A stretch of 64,000 bases of DNA from Octopus vulgaris (lineage: Eukaryota), in assembly GCA_951406725.2 (NCBI GenBank), contig OX597815.1, forward strand, positions 200,880,001 to 200,944,000, given 5' to 3'. Shown here piece by piece: positions 26,148 to 40,618 of the stretch (the first letter of the stretch is position 1; every line of letters starts with the position of its first letter). The notes beneath the pieces are model-generated. The model was not told the DNA's origin, searched no databases, and saw nothing but the letters and a program-made list of their open reading frames with translations. The position numbers were made by a program, and so were the translations under genes.

Positions 26148-27115
26148 GCGGCAGGATGGCAGAATCGTTATCACGCCAGGCGAAATGCTTAGAGTTCAAA
26201 TACCCCCGGGTTCGAGTAAAATTTCATGTGTTGTGCTTATACTAGAAATGATCATTTTCATTATTCAGCTGGCAGAACAGTTAGCACGTTAGACGAAGCG
26301 CTTAGCTGTATTTCGCCCGTTCAAAGTTCCAATTCTGCCGGGATCGACTTTGTCTTTTATCCTTCCGTGTTCCATAAAATAAGCACCAGTTAAGCACTAA
26401 GGTCGATGCAATCGACTATCCCCCTCCTCAGAATTTCAGGCCTTGTCCCTACTGTAAAAAAGATTATTACTATTAAGGTGGCGAGCTGGCAGAATTGTTA
26501 GCACGCTGGACGAAAAGCTTAGCGGTTTTTCGCCCGTCGCAACGTTCTGAGTTCAAATACCGGCGTGATGGAAATTGCCTTTTATCTTTTCGCTGTCGAC
26601 AAAATAAGTTAAGTCGAACTTTGCGGAATTTGAACGTAAAGACGATCGCTAAGTATCTCACCTGGCGTGCTAACAATTCTGGTAGCTCTCCACCTTGATA
26701 ATAATGGTAATAATAATTCTTTCTACTATCGATACAAGGCCTGAAATTTGAGGGGAGAAGACAAGTTGATTACATCGACCCCAGTTTTCAATTGGTACTT
26801 TATTTATCGACCCCGAAAGGACGAAAGGCAAACTCGACCAAGGTGGAACTTCAACTCAGATCGTTGAAGCAGACAAATTTCCTATTTCTTTACTACCCAC
26901 AAGGATCTAAACAGAGAGGGGACAAACAAGGACAGACAAACGGATTAAGTCGATTCCATCGACCCCAGTGTGTAACTGGTACTTAATTTATCGACCCCGA
27001 AAGGATGAAAGGCAAAGTTTACCTGGGCGGAAATTGAACTCAGAACGCAACTGCGGACGAAATACCCCTAAGCATTTCGTCAGGCGTGCTAACGTTTCTG
27101 CCAGATCGCCGCCTT
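26148..27115. mobile_element. Cluster of about six young and old SINE A copies on both strands
   Basis: Repeated GGCGAGCTGGCAGAA heads and GTCGAC/CATCC cores at ~26148, 26268, 26476 (+) and ~26620, 26715, 26881 (-). Confidence 0.8.
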
Positions 27116-27931
27116 TAATAGTAATAATAATGATAGTTCAAATATTTTTCTTTCACGAGGTTCTTCATAAGTCGGAAATATTTACTTGAACAGTAATATT
27201 CGAGGGCGTTTCTTTTTTATTTCTCCATCAGTAACTGCATCAATACTCACCCACAGAAGTTGTACTTCTCCATTTGTCATTTACAGAATTAGCTGCATTA
27301 TTCCACTGGCATGTAAACGCTCTTAGTCAGGTTTTCAACAGCTTTTTTTTTAATATTTGGCTTTCTTAAACGTAAAATCCTTGTTTCTCAAGATGTTTAG
27401 TGTAAGTTTCTGAAAGCTTCATCTAATATACAATATGAACTTAGCTGTTTTGTGTCAGTGATTCTTCCCGAACATATTTGCTTTCTGCAAATATATAAAG
27501 CTAGAAGTAACTTCTAACTTTGTAATTTTCTTTTATTTCATTATATAACGTAACATAATTGAATGTGGTTTGTTTTGAATAGTAATTTTGAAGAAAATAG
27601 CAGAGGATCGCATTACTAATGTTTAGATGATAAAATCTATCATCAATTATTTGAATCCACAGAGTTCCCTGTAGTCGGTACTGGAATGAAAACTAAATCG
27701 CTTTCCGAGCTAAGTCGCATGAAGTGGAGGCTTCCATGTTCAAATTTCTCATAGTTATGTCCCATCTGAACATAGCTTTAACATAAAGCTACAAATCAAT
27801 ACCGTTGTTTTTTTGACGGTTTCGTCTAACAGCAATCATTTTGAACGAGCTTGCTTGCTAACGTCTCTAGCACGAACACATGCAAGCATTTCTCCCAGAC
27901 AGGTAAGCCTAGAGGAAATTTCTTCATCTTA

Positions 27932-28420
27932 AGACTTGTTGAATGTGAGCGGTACATCATTTGTACGATGTGGAAAATATACCGCCAACTTATACCCAAA
28001 CGACCTTACATTAGCTTCAAGGCTCATCCAAGACTGGGACCACGGGCCATACGTCCCCTTCCCAATTCAAGGTCACAACATACATGTACACTGCAACATA
28101 ATTTCTTTTCCTCAACAGGCCCTGCCCTATTTAACATTGTCCCGAGGAAGATCAAAGAGAAAAAGGATCCCATCAACTTTAAACGGAGTCTGGATAGATC
28201 CCTTCAAAGTATACCAGATAAGCCACCCATAATTGGATACAACTCACCCAACAAGAACTCACTACATGAACAAAACTTGATACAACTCACCCAACAAGAA
28301 CTCACTACTTGAACAAAACTTGACTTAAACAGGATTCGAATAATCCTATCAGGTGGTGCTATTAAGTTAGACATGGCCTGGACCAATCTTTGGTCGAAAC
28401 ATATCTAAGTTATATAAGTT
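27932..28420 (+). mobile_element. CR1-superfamily LINE 3' end
   Basis: ERYIICTMWKI..HPRLGP..GPALFNIVPRKIK..FKRSLDR.LQSIPDKP..NSL; tail GGTGGTGCT..CATGGCC..GGTCGAAAC. Confidence 0.8.
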
Positions 28421-29841
28421 ATCTAATCCCTTACTTGAAAATTTCCAGGAAATATTGTGAAATATTCGGTGTCGCACAAGATCGTTCCCAGATTTCCATT
28501 ACTACCAGTCAATGTAAGCATTTATGTATAGTTATAGAAATAATTGTCTTTCGACTGGCTGCATTTTCTAACTTACTGCAATAAACTTCAAGCGAAATAC
28601 CAGTCTCTAAACAGCCACTCTGGTCTGCATCACACCAGCTGTGTAGAATAAATTCAATAAATACACAAATAAAAACAGAAGAACTATCCAGGGCTATATA
28701 AGTGCCGCCTCTTTGAACAATAGGTAATGATACAAATATCAATTACTGAAATAAAAACGGAAGATTTCAACGAAACATTAGAAAATTTATATTTACAAAA
28801 GAATTGACATTTAGGTTTCATCTCCTAATGCAGCAATGTGAGCTGAGTTAAGAGACATCGCATTCAGTACAAACAAAGCATACCATACATGACAATGGGC
28901 GACAGTAATCAGGAAAGCAATATTGATTTCTAACGCAGTTTCAGGGCTTCAGATGAAAACAATATTAACACCTATTCCTGAACTGCAAAGACTAAGTACA
29001 TACAACAGTTACCCTAATGGGAATTGCTTCGCATTGTAATATCAACACAGGTTAACATATATGGACGGCTTAATATGACGACACGGATGAAAGATATGTG
29101 CATACACACATACATGTATGCATGCATACATTAATGTGTGTGTATGTATGTATGTGTATATACTTGCGCAGGCATGAATATTCATACTTCTATTTACATA
29201 CATGTGTATATACATTTATCTTTATATATATATATATATATATATACAGAGACATACACACGTATTTTTTTTCCATATTTCCCGTCTTGTTGTTTTGTTC
29301 ATTATACATCGGTTTGTGCTTTACCGATTCCTCTAGCATATCGATTTTACAATTAGAAAGGTCCATATTTTACATTTCTAGAGGGGGAAAAATGTCGAAG
29401 ATGGTGGCAAGTACTAATGTCCCATGTGGCAAGTTTGAAAATTACGGAGAAATCGTCTCTGGCATGAAATCAATGGAGCCATGGCAGCCCACAAACAGAA
29501 AAAGATTTATATATATAAAACGAGATAATCTTCATCGCTAACTTAACGTAAAAGTAGAGTATAACACAGAATATTGCGTTATTTGCCATCAGGGTGCATA
29601 AAGGAACTAGTAATTATATCGCTGACGATCGAGAAATGCTTGCTACGGCCGCCAAGTACGTGAGTTCATTATTTGTTATGTGGGTTCACTGGAAGATGTC
29701 TAGCAGATAGAATCTCAATGTTTATCAACACGCTGGCGTAGCAGATAGCCAGTGACCTTATTAAAAAGATTTATAGCAGCGACAGAATCACTATTTATAC
29801 CAAAAGGTAATCTTGACTTCCAGCTTAACCCAGAGGCTTTG

Positions 29842-29911
<70 letters not shown>

Positions 29912-30012
29912 CAGGGTGAATACTTGATAACTGTAAGCAACTGTATATGCCAGTTAGTGGTGTAGGTGATAGGATATATTTATCAAAAGGAAAACAGGAT
30001 GCAAAGGATTTA

Positions 30013-30099
30013 GCGGTACATATGTTTCTGGCTTTATTGGACAATTTATATCGATGCATAATTGAAATAACATGTATGTCAATAGCCTTCTTCAGCCGC
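30013..30099 (-). ncRNA. Type I hammerhead ribozyme with long stem II
   Basis: Minus strand GCGG-CTGAAGA-aGGCT..ATTG..ACA...TGT..CAAT..AGCCa-GAAAC(ATAT)GTA-CCGC; intact core, palindromic loop 3. Confidence 0.8.
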
Positions 30100-30219
30100 G
30101 TACAATTACCACACCAAAGACATGTATTACATTATAGGAGGTTTGAGAAGAAGTTTGGGAAAAAGACCAGTTTCATTGGGAAGGCAAATCCTCATAGTCG
30201 TATATGGCATAGCGAGACA

Positions 30220-30255
<36 letters not shown>

Positions 30256-31734
30256 CTGATTTTGTCTTGTACTCAATAATAGATTTCTCAATATTTTATA
30301 TTTCGGGACGGTCACTTTTTTCTTTCCAAATAAACAAATGCACTATACATTCTTTCTTCACTTGTTTTTCGCAGTGAATAACAGAATAGGAGTAATTTTA
30401 TCCAAAAGTTCTCTGGTGACACTACTCCATAGTGTTTTATATTTAAGAGATGAGGAATTATGTACATCATTTACATTTGACGGATATTTTTCCTCATCTC
30501 TTTTGTTGTTAACAACAAACAAGATGTAATTAACACTCAATTATGAATAATATTACGACGATTAACCCCATACTTCTTTATACAATCCTGATTATGTCTG
30601 CTTATGTTTAGGCCCAGATTTCAAACAATGAGACTTTTTACGCAGCATCTTCTGATTCACTTCAAAACTGAATTTCTACTGTTTAAAGATTCAGTATATT
30701 AGCAAGCTTTTTATACATAAAAAAAAACCCTGTTATTAAATTCACGATTATATCTTCCCGATTATTAATTATTCTGTAAACCATTAATTCCCATTCCATT
30801 CACTGAGGACACCTATAACAATTTTACGGCATATAACAATATCCCGCTTTCTAGGGAAAAGAGACATTGGCTCATATAGCTAGCTCTAGATTAGAAAACA
30901 ACTTCAGGAGTGACATTACTGGAAAGAGCTGACTTATACATATTCGATCATGCCTCAGGATGGACTTTACCGATAGCACAAGCACTGCGTATGACCGATA
31001 TCATAACAATTATCACCGTCATGACAGCCTGGATTCACATTAAAATCAGATACATCCACACCATCGTTAATTATCATTACAGACATCATAACTGTATTTG
31101 ACTTATTTATTACTCTGTCTGGACGCGTCGATTATACTAAATTTCACATCAACTTCTGTAAAAATAAAAATAAAAATGAAAATTTTCCTCATTTATTATT
31201 TTTACTTTTCTTTATCATAAAGTAATAAAGAAGACATTTATAAGGACACAGCTGTTACATCTTCCTTTCCAGATCAATAGTATTAGTGTATAGTGTATGC
31301 ATTTTATTCTCGTTATTGTCTTTCTTGTGGTGTTCTAGTAATACCATTACGCTGAATTCCTATTCAGCTGGCGAGCATATAAGATCCATATGGTTAGTCA
31401 TGTGAAGTCTGTTAAGTATTTCCTAGCGCCATATCATCCATTATTATTTTCTTCACAAGTAAACCATATGCTTAAAAATAAAAAAATCTGTGGCGTATGG
31501 TATATATGCATATACAAGTATACATGCACGCACCATAACTTAAACACGCGCGCTCACGTATGCAGACACATGATTATAAACATGATAATATAAAGACGCA
31601 GAGATACGTTCATTACTACATACATACACCCCTACATATCTATATACATACACATACGCATACGTATATATGTGTTTGTGTGTGTGTATTTATATACAGG
31701 AGTGATGTATGTGAATGCCCTAGACACACAGACT

Positions 31735-31952
31735 TACTCTTTTACTCTTTTACTTGTTTCAGTCATTTGACTGCGGCCATGCTGGAGCACCGCCTTTAGT
31801 CGAGCAAATCGACCCCGGGACTTATTCTTTGGAAACCCAGTACTTATTCTATCGGTCTCTTTTGCCGAACCGCTAAGTGACGGGGACGTAAACACACCAG
31901 CATCGGTTGTCAAGCAATGCTAGGGGGACAAATACAGACACACAACCCCCGC

Positions 31953-32021
<69 letters not shown>

Positions 32022-33192
32022 CTACAGGCTTCTTTCAGTTTCCGTCTACCAAATCCACTCACAAGGCATTGGTCGGCCCGGGGCTATAGCAGAAGACACT
32101 AGCCCAAGGTGCCACGCAGTGGGACTGAACCCGGAACCATCTGGTTGGTTAGCAAGCTACTTTATTTCAGAACATTTGCCATAAAGGCAGTACGCAGATT
32201 AAGTTAGCTTTGCGGGCTGGACGAGGACATTAATGAGGTGAATGATAATGAAAGAAAGATGATAAGGATGGGAGAAGACAAAAAGCGCCCGCCGACTTTC
32301 GCTTCTCTAAAACATTGTTCTTTTTAAAAAAGATAAACACAAAACGAGGTATTAAACCTCTTACAATTTTTCCAATTTTTAGACTTAGCAGTCCATTATT
32401 AATACAAAACGAGGTATTAATCCTCTTACAATTTTTCAATTTTTGGACTTAAGTCCATTACTAATAATACATATCGTCCTCGAAGTAGCTTGTGCCCGCG
32501 CCCTCCACCATCAACAACGCCTCCCTCAGAACGTAATCAAGTTCCGATGTTCGCGTCGCCCGGGACCAAGTTATAATCTTCATTGAGCTCCTTTAGCCCA
32601 AGCGTCACGTCGAACGCCACGGTCTCCACAGCTACCTGCGGATGCCATTCGGGGTCCTGTGTGAAGGCTAAAGGTGCTCCCTTGTAGTGCTCTTCCATCA
32701 CTTTTTCAATTTCTCCTCCTCTATAGAAGAGGACCAATACGTTCAGTTCTTTCGTTGGCGGCACAGTTTCCGCCAACGGTATTCCTTCTCTTGTCGGTGG
32801 CACAACCCCAACCGACGTAGTTCCGGGACATTCCGGTGCTACACTGACAGCCGGTAATGTCCCGTTTTTCTTCCTCTTTTTTTTTTTTTTTTCCCTTTTC
32901 CGAAGACGGATACGCCCCCAAAAATTTTCTCAGCGAGAAAAATATATTTGCCACATGTCGGCAGAATCAGAATTCTGAATCCAGTAGGACTTCCTGCCTG
33001 TAATTCTCAACAAAAACTCCCACTGGACCCAGAAAACAGAATCTTGCCTTACATGGGGCTTCCAAAGTTTTCAATTCAAGACGGCTTCAATAGCACATCA
33101 TCACCGCTTCAGTGCCAAACACAACACTGACTCGCACATGCGCAGAAGCAACCGTTAGCAAGCTACTTACCACACAGCCACTCCTGCGCCTA
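31735..33192 (-). mobile_element. SINE family B split by a ~1-kb insertion
   Basis: Body 31735-32162 and head 33154-33192 are contiguous in the family consensus. Confidence 0.9.
32163..33153 (-). mobile_element. Unclassified 991-bp retroposed element
   Basis: 15-bp TSD GTTAGCAAGCTACTT (32148-32162/33154-33168); minus 5' GCGCATGTGCGAGTCAGT, 3' AATAAA; 88-aa ORF 32537-32803; internal ~65-bp tandem duplication at ~32340-32470. Confidence 0.7.
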
Positions 33193-33285
33193 TGAATACA
33201 TAACCATTATACAAAGACGTGTATTTCTGTGTGTGTGTATTCGTGCATGAAGGTGTGTTTGTGTGCGGTTATATGTTTATCGTTG

Positions 33286-33503
33286 AAGGCGGGGAGCTGG
33301 CAGAAACGTTAGCACGCCGGGCGAAATGCCTAGCAGTATTTTGTCTGCCATTACGTCCTGAGTTCAAAATGCGCCAAGATCGACTTTGCCTTTCATCCTT
33401 TCGGGGTCGATTAAATAAGTACCAGTTACGCACTGTGATCGATGTAATCGACTGGTTCCCCCGCCCCAAAAAAATTTCGAGCCTCGTGCCCAGAGTAGAA
33501 AAG
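33286..33503 (+). mobile_element. SINE family A, alternative-tail subfamily
   Basis: Same head and core, tail CCCCAAAAAAATTTCGAGCCTCGTGCCCAGAGTAGAAAAG; 14-bp TSD TATGTTTATCGTTG. Confidence 0.85.
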
Positions 33504-33739
33504 TATGTTTATCGTTGTATATATATATATATATATGCAACGTTAAAGATATACTTTTCAATATACTTTTGTATATTCCTATAGGGTATATGCTAACATT
33601 TTTTATGCTAACAATTTAGATATATGCCTTGTACGTTAATACAAAAAATAGATCGCTGGATCTGACAAGAAACCCGCACATATTCATACACATCTATACA
33701 CACATGAATTCATACATATACATATGTTTATATATGTTT

Positions 33740-34041
33740 GTGGAGGCGCAATGGCCCAGTGGTTAGGGCAGTGGACTCGCGGTCGTAGGATCGCGGTTTC
33801 GATTCCCAGACAAGGCGTTGTGAGTGTTTATTGAGCGAAAACACCTAAAAGCTCCACGAGGCTCCGGCAGGGGTTGGTGATCCCTGCTGTACTCTTTCAC
33901 CACAACTTTCTCTCACTCTTTCTTCTGTTGGCCTTCTCGCTTAGCCAGAGGGGTGGCGTCATTTGTAGGCTAAAACAATGCGAAGCGCATTGTGACCAGC
34001 GACCTTTAGCAACATCTGATGGTCTGGTCGGTCACGTGATA
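33740..34041 (+). mobile_element. SINE family C head with an alternative 3' tail
   Basis: First ~180 bp match family C, then an unrelated tail ending ACATCTGATGGTCTGGTCGGTCACGTGAT. Confidence 0.8.
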
Positions 34042-34298
34042 TATGTTTGTATATACGCAGATATATTGATGACTATATTATGAATATATACATATGTGTG
34101 AATGTGTGTTTGCGAGCGTGCGTGCTTGTGTGTTTGTGCCTGTGCATAATTATATAAATATTCCAAAGGTATCTTAAGAATCGAATAAACTATCAACATG
34201 AACAACACAGTCATTGCATGTTAGGACGTATGAATGGTAGATTCTTTATACTTAACAACAAAAGCTCACTAGTGATAAGACCATATATCTAAGTGAAT

Positions 34299-34683
34299 GG
34301 AAGCACTCCGTCGGTTACGACGACGAGGGTTCCGGTTGATCCGAATCAACGGAACAGCCTGCTCGTGAAATTAACATGTAGAGTGGCTGAGCACTCCACA
34401 GACACGTGTACCCTTAACGTAGTTCTCGGGGATATTTTGCGTGACACAGAGAGTGTCAAGGCCAGCCCCTTGAAATACAGGTACAACAGAAACAGGAAGT
34501 AAGAGTGAGAGAAAGTTGTGGTGAAAGAGTACAGCAGGGATCACCACCATCCCCTGCCGGAGCCTCGTGGAGCTTTAGGTGTTTTCGCTCAATAAACACT
34601 CATAACGCCCGGTCTGGGAATCGAAACCACGATCCTATGACTGCGAGTCCGCTGCCTTAATCACTGGGCCATTGCGCCTCCAC
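34299..34683 (-). mobile_element. SINE family C
   Basis: Full length; 12-bp TSD ATCTAAGTGAAT. Confidence 0.9.
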
Positions 34684-35173
34684 ATCTAAGTGAATATAAA
34701 ATCACTGAAGAGCTACGGATCGCAGATTCATTGACTAGAAGCACTCAGTAACAAATTAATCATACAAAAAAAAAACGTAGAAGTATTATATAGCATTTCG
34801 TGAAGCACATGAAGTTCAGCACACGGGGAAAATAGAAGAACGGAGGCAACTGACGAAATATTCGAAGCGTTGAGTTAGTATGAAATAAATCATCGTGGCA
34901 GTGAGTAACAGCTTTGGGTTAAATGTATTCGATGCTTCGCCTGGAATTATAAATTATCATTATATCTAGTTAGGTTTAACTTGAGTTTTATGTCGGGGAC
35001 TTTATGTCTCTTCAATAGACCTAAGCCTAACTGAAAACTGCAAATCAATACATAGAGTTCACCGGAAAATATCGACTTGTCGATCTCGTTATTGATATTA
35101 TATTAGGCAACTGGGGAAAATAAATATATTTGAACATAGAACACAGCACATACACACACACGTATATAGTATA

Positions 35174-35229
<56 letters not shown>

Positions 35230-35237
35230 TATATATA

Positions 35238-35356
<119 letters not shown>

Positions 35357-35716
35357 TGAGGTGTATACGTATAGTCTTAAGCGTAAATAAATAACCATAA
35401 AAACTGATATTGGAGAATTGCATGCAATACGATTAAAACAGTGTAAATATAGGAAATCATCTCAGCGATTATGTCACGATATGTGTATGTCTGTGCGTCT
35501 TTGTGTCTGCATGTAGCAACCAGCACCGCTTGACAACCCGCGTTGTTGTTTTTGCGTGCCCGTAAATCATAGGTTCGGCAAAAGAATGGGACAATATAAG
35601 TAACAGGGTTTTTAAAAAACATACCTATTGGATCGATTCGTTTGCCTGAAATTCTTCTACACGAACGGTCAATATTGTCGCAATTTAATGAATGAAACAA
35701 GTTAAGAAATAAAAGA

Positions 35717-35747
<31 letters not shown>

Positions 35748-35931
35748 TGCGACAATGTAAATTTTCATTTAATCAAGGTAAGCTTGGCCTGAGGTGTAGC
35801 CTGCAGTATACACCTGGCGTGGATATTTACGACTTTTGAGATCCCACCTGCTATGAAATATATGTAACCCGGATGTTATCTACTCCATTCCCTAACTGTT
35901 GTGTGTCTATATATACATCTATATAATGTGT

Positions 35932-36160
35932 GCGGCGAGTTGGCAGAAACGTTAGCACGCCGGGCGAAATGCCTAGCCGTATTTCGTCTGTCGTTACGTT
36001 GTGAGTTCAAATTCCGCCGAGGTCGACTTTGCCTTTCATCCTTTCGGGGTCGATAAATAAAGTAACAGTTGCGCACTGGGGTTGATGTAATCGACTTAAT
36101 CCCTTTGTCGGTCCTTGTTTGTCCCCTTTATGTTTAGCCCCTTGTGGACAATAAAGAAAT
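35932..36160 (+). mobile_element. SINE family A
   Basis: Full match. Confidence 0.9.
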
Positions 36161-36189
36161 ATATATATACACATACAAACATATACACA

Positions 36190-36241
<52 letters not shown>

Positions 36242-36264
36242 CATGCATGCAAGCATGTATGTAA

Positions 36265-36890
36265 GGCTTGTGACTGTATTTGGTGGACGGAAATTGAAAC
36301 CTGGTTGTCATATATGCGTGTTTCAGTGTGTGTGTGTATATATGCATGCGCGCACGTTTGTATGTCTGTATATGTGTGTGTCTGTCTGTGTTTGTCGCCC
36401 CACCCACGCTTGACAACTGATGCTGGTGTACTGACGTCCCTGTAACCTTGTGCTTCGGCAAAAGACCCGATACAATAATAATCTCACAATGTATAAGTTC
36501 TGGTGTCGATTTGTGCGACTAAAATGTGGTGCTTCAGCAGGGCCGCAATTAAATGACTGAAACTAGTAAGAGAATATGTGAATAACAATATACATACATA
36601 TAAAATTGACTAAGAATATTCTTCATCTTTTTTTCAATCTATGAAGAAATAGTTAAATTTGCTCTCTTTTACTATTTTACTTGGTTCAGTCATTTGACTG
36701 CGGCCATGCTGGAACACCGCCTTTAATCGAGCAACTCGACCCCGGGACTTATTCTTTGTAAGCCTAGTACTTATTCTATCGCCCTATTTTTGCTGAACCG
36801 CTAAGTAACGGGGTCAAAAACACACCAGCATCGGTTGTCAAGCAATGCTAGGGGGACAAACACAAACATACACGCACACACATATATACA
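36265..36890. mobile_element. Two partial SINE B copies, tail-to-tail (+ ~36265-36575, - ~36660-36890)
   Basis: GCTTGACAAC.GATGCTGGTGT and CAGCA.GGCCGCA tails in opposite orientations. Confidence 0.75.
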
Positions 36891-37345
36891 TATTTCAAAT
36901 CGCTCTGTTTCACGTTCTTACCCACCACACGGCAACTTGGCCACGTTCTTTCTATTATTCCCTTGAGCTCAGCAATGTTTTATGAGTGAATTTCGTACAC
37001 TGAAAATGTGTGGAAGCCTACTACATATGTGTGTGCGTGTATAATGCGTGTTTGGGGTGTGTGTGAGCGTATGTGTGTGTGTTTGCGTTTGTGTTTCGAT
37101 TTCATATCCTGTTGCCAATCAGTGTTGCTTTGTTTGCGTCCATGTAATCTAGTGTTTAGGCAAGTAATAGCAATATAAATATGAAGATAGAATAACATTC
37201 TATAAGTGTGTTCCTGTGTGTCTACATATGTATGCATGCCTGCATCTTTTTTTTTATTATTATTCATATATATATATTTAATATATGTATATACATGTAT
37301 ATATATACATATATTTAATATGTACGCAAATGTATATAGATAGAT

Positions 37346-37379
<34 letters not shown>

Positions 37380-39069
37380 GCAGATGGACTTCCCATTTTG
37401 AGCATTTTGCAACTTAAACGGTATTTAATTCAGGAATGACCCTTTATTTTGACGCAGTAAGTACCGTATATTAATTGCCATAAGATCTAGTACTTCGTAC
37501 TATAGGCACGAGGCGGAAAACTTCGGGACGGCGGCTTTGACGATTACATGGGCTTTAGTGCTCGTCAGCTGCATATTTAATCAAGCAATAAAATACGAAA
37601 AGCAATTTATGCTCCAAACGAAAACCTGGCGAAATGCCGCTAAGCATTTTGTTTGACGCACTAATGATTCCTCAGCTCACACACTTTGTCATCTGAAATT
37701 ATTACTGGATAAGATTTAGATAGAAATAACTAATCAGCCACGAACATGGATTACCTCTTAGGTGATAATTTTAAATAACACTGTTGCGAGAAATTTCTGT
37801 AAGTAAAAAAGTCCTAGGTCTCAGTAGTTTTTTCCAGTTGACAACTAATACAGCTAGTTGTCTGATGATTCTTATACGCTCCTGAAACAAATATCTGCAT
37901 TGGTCGAATCATGGAGTTTGGGTAATCTTTTGTATATTAAAGATCTCAAATGTGAAAAGTTATCGTAAGGCCATTTCGAAAATCTTCAGTGCATTTTGCT
38001 ATCCAGCATTATCTTTAGTGACGCATTTCATAATTTAAAAAATATATATATTACGTTTCATGGAAATGGTTAATTCTAAATAGATAAACTGATAGCTATT
38101 CTCATTTGTTATCAGGTACAATGCAATGTGTTAGCGGTACTCCTGACAATGATATAATCGCTATATATTCTTATTCTCCTTTACCCTCTATGTAAACGTA
38201 CTGCATCCTCTTCTATATAGTTCTTCTCTAAAATAAATATTTCGTCAACGGCATATGTCATGTATATTTGATAAATAAATTCATGATTTCTATTACACCA
38301 AACAGAATAAATATATTAGAAGCCTCGATTCATAAATGTTTGCTTTTTCTAAGGGGATACATCACCTAAGCATTTCTTTTTAGCATTGAGAAAACACTAT
38401 AAATAGCAGAATAGCAATCGGGTCTTAATATTGAACGTCTACGCTAGATAAGAATAAAAATTTATGAATATTGGATGGTTTGCGTCAGTTACGTTCAGAG
38501 AATGTGACCTAGCATTCACTTTCAGAAAATGGTCGAAATTCTGTAAGGCATGTGTTTAGTTTTCTATTGAGAGATATAACATGTTTTCTAACTACACAAT
38601 TTGTTTTTACATTTTATTTCCACGGGAAATATTCCCACAGTAAAGAAATTATTCCAGATGATATTGCATTGGTTCAAACGTTTTCAAATTCTGAATAACT
38701 ATAGTAATCTTTTCACCTCTACTGCAATATAGATTTATCGATTCTCTATCAGTAAAGAGAATAAATTGCTGAAGCGTTTAAAATATATTCCCTCACTGAA
38801 TATGAACACTGCCTTTGCTTTTTATGATGTTCTTATTATTTTTATATTACAGAAATTGTGGTAGCTACCATGAATAAAAGCAGCAGTTAAAGGAAGAAGC
38901 TAAGCAGAAGTTAAGATGGCTACTATATTTTGAAGCTATGTAAAGTTGAACTTTAAGCAAATCATGATCAATAGGTATATATTTGGCCAAAGGGAAAAGC
39001 GAAATAATAAAATAAAGAAAAGTAGACAAAACGTATGTACATTTCCACGTATATGCATTTAACCTATTC

Positions 39070-39156
<87 letters not shown>

Positions 39157-39222
39157 ATATATATACATATATATATACATATATATATATATACATATGT
39201 AAATGAGTGTGTATATATGTAC

Positions 39223-39256
<34 letters not shown>

Positions 39257-39562
39257 CATATATATATATATATATGCATATATGTGTTTTTGTGTGTGTG
39301 CGTGATTGTGTGGTACCTGTGGTATGTGTGAATGTATATATGGGTATATGTAAAAATGTATATATATATATACATTCTTATTCATTTTATTTCTCTCAGT
39401 CATTAGACATTAGCAATCCTGAGATGCCAGCTGGAAAATTTTAGTCGAACGAATCGGACCCAATACTGTTTTGAAGCATGGTACTTATTTCATCGGGCTC
39501 TTTTGCCGGCCCGCCAGATTTCAGTGACATGGACATACTAGCACCGGTTGTCTAGCTGTGGT

Positions 39563-39987
39563 TATAGGTTAAAGGCGGCAAGCCGGTAGAATCGTTAGCA
39601 CGCCGGGTGAAATGCTTTGCGGTATTTCGTCTGCCGTTACGTTCTGAGTTCAAATTCCGCCGAGGTCTATTTGCCTTTCATCCTTTCGGGGTCGATTAAA
39701 TAAGTACCAGTTACGCACTGGGGTCGATATAATCGACTTAATCCGTTTGTCTGTCCTTGTTTGTCCTCTCTGTGTTTAGCCCCTTGTGGGTAGTAAAGAA
39801 ATAGGTATTTCGTCTGGCGTTACGTTCTGAGTTCAAATTCCGCCGAGGTCGATTTTGCCTTTCATACTTTCGGGGTCGATTAAATAAGTACCAGTTACGC
39901 ACTGGGGTCGATATAATCGACTTAATCCGTTTGTCTGTCCTTGTTTGTCCGCTCTGTGTTTAGCCCGTTGTGGGTATTAAAGAAATA
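39563..39987 (+). mobile_element. SINE family A, head plus two tandem bodies, inserted in an old SINE B
   Basis: 17-bp TSD GGTTGTCTAGCTGTGGT (39546-39562/39988-40004). Confidence 0.9.
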
Positions 39988-40618
39988 GGTTGTCTAGCTG
40001 TGGTCTCGCACTTACGCGTGCGCACACACACACACTCAGGCGCACAGACACTCACACACACATTTAGTCACTCAGTCACTTATATGTGTGATGTACATTT
40101 CTTTGTGTTATATAAACATACGTGTGTGAAAGACTACTTTTTTATGTACGCTCGTGTGTCTCGATATGAATTAAGTGTAATGCTTTGCATATGTTGCATG
40201 CACGGAGACGATTTATCAAGACAAGCATGTTTACCAATATTATCACATTTACAATATTTTCTTGCACAGGAATATTGTACGTAATTAAAACAAAGAGATG
40301 TGGCGGCAAGTAGCGGTACTACTTCCATGTGATCTCATATATTCATTACTGAGCCTTGAGCAGTCGATATAAGGTGGTTAATGCGCCCGTTCATAAGGCT
40401 TATCTTTACCTCTATGCATATAGTAGAGTCAGCACATAACGCTGTTTCCTATTTTTTAGCAAATTTTCCGTACCTAAATGAAGCGTACCATTTGGGAGAG
40501 TATGTGAGGAAGTATATAAACATATGTGTGTGTGTGTGTGTGTGTGTAAGTGTGTCTGTCTGAGTGTGTATCCATAAATTCTGTTTCTGTAATGTGAATA
40601 TATTTAACGTATAAAATA

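Noticed and set aside
29618-29650. CTGACGA-TCGA-GAAA motif
   Set aside because: No stem II loop and poor stem III; likely chance.
34703-34880. CTGAAGA and CTGACGA cores followed by GAAG
   Set aside because: No convincing stems I/II and the GAAA is altered.
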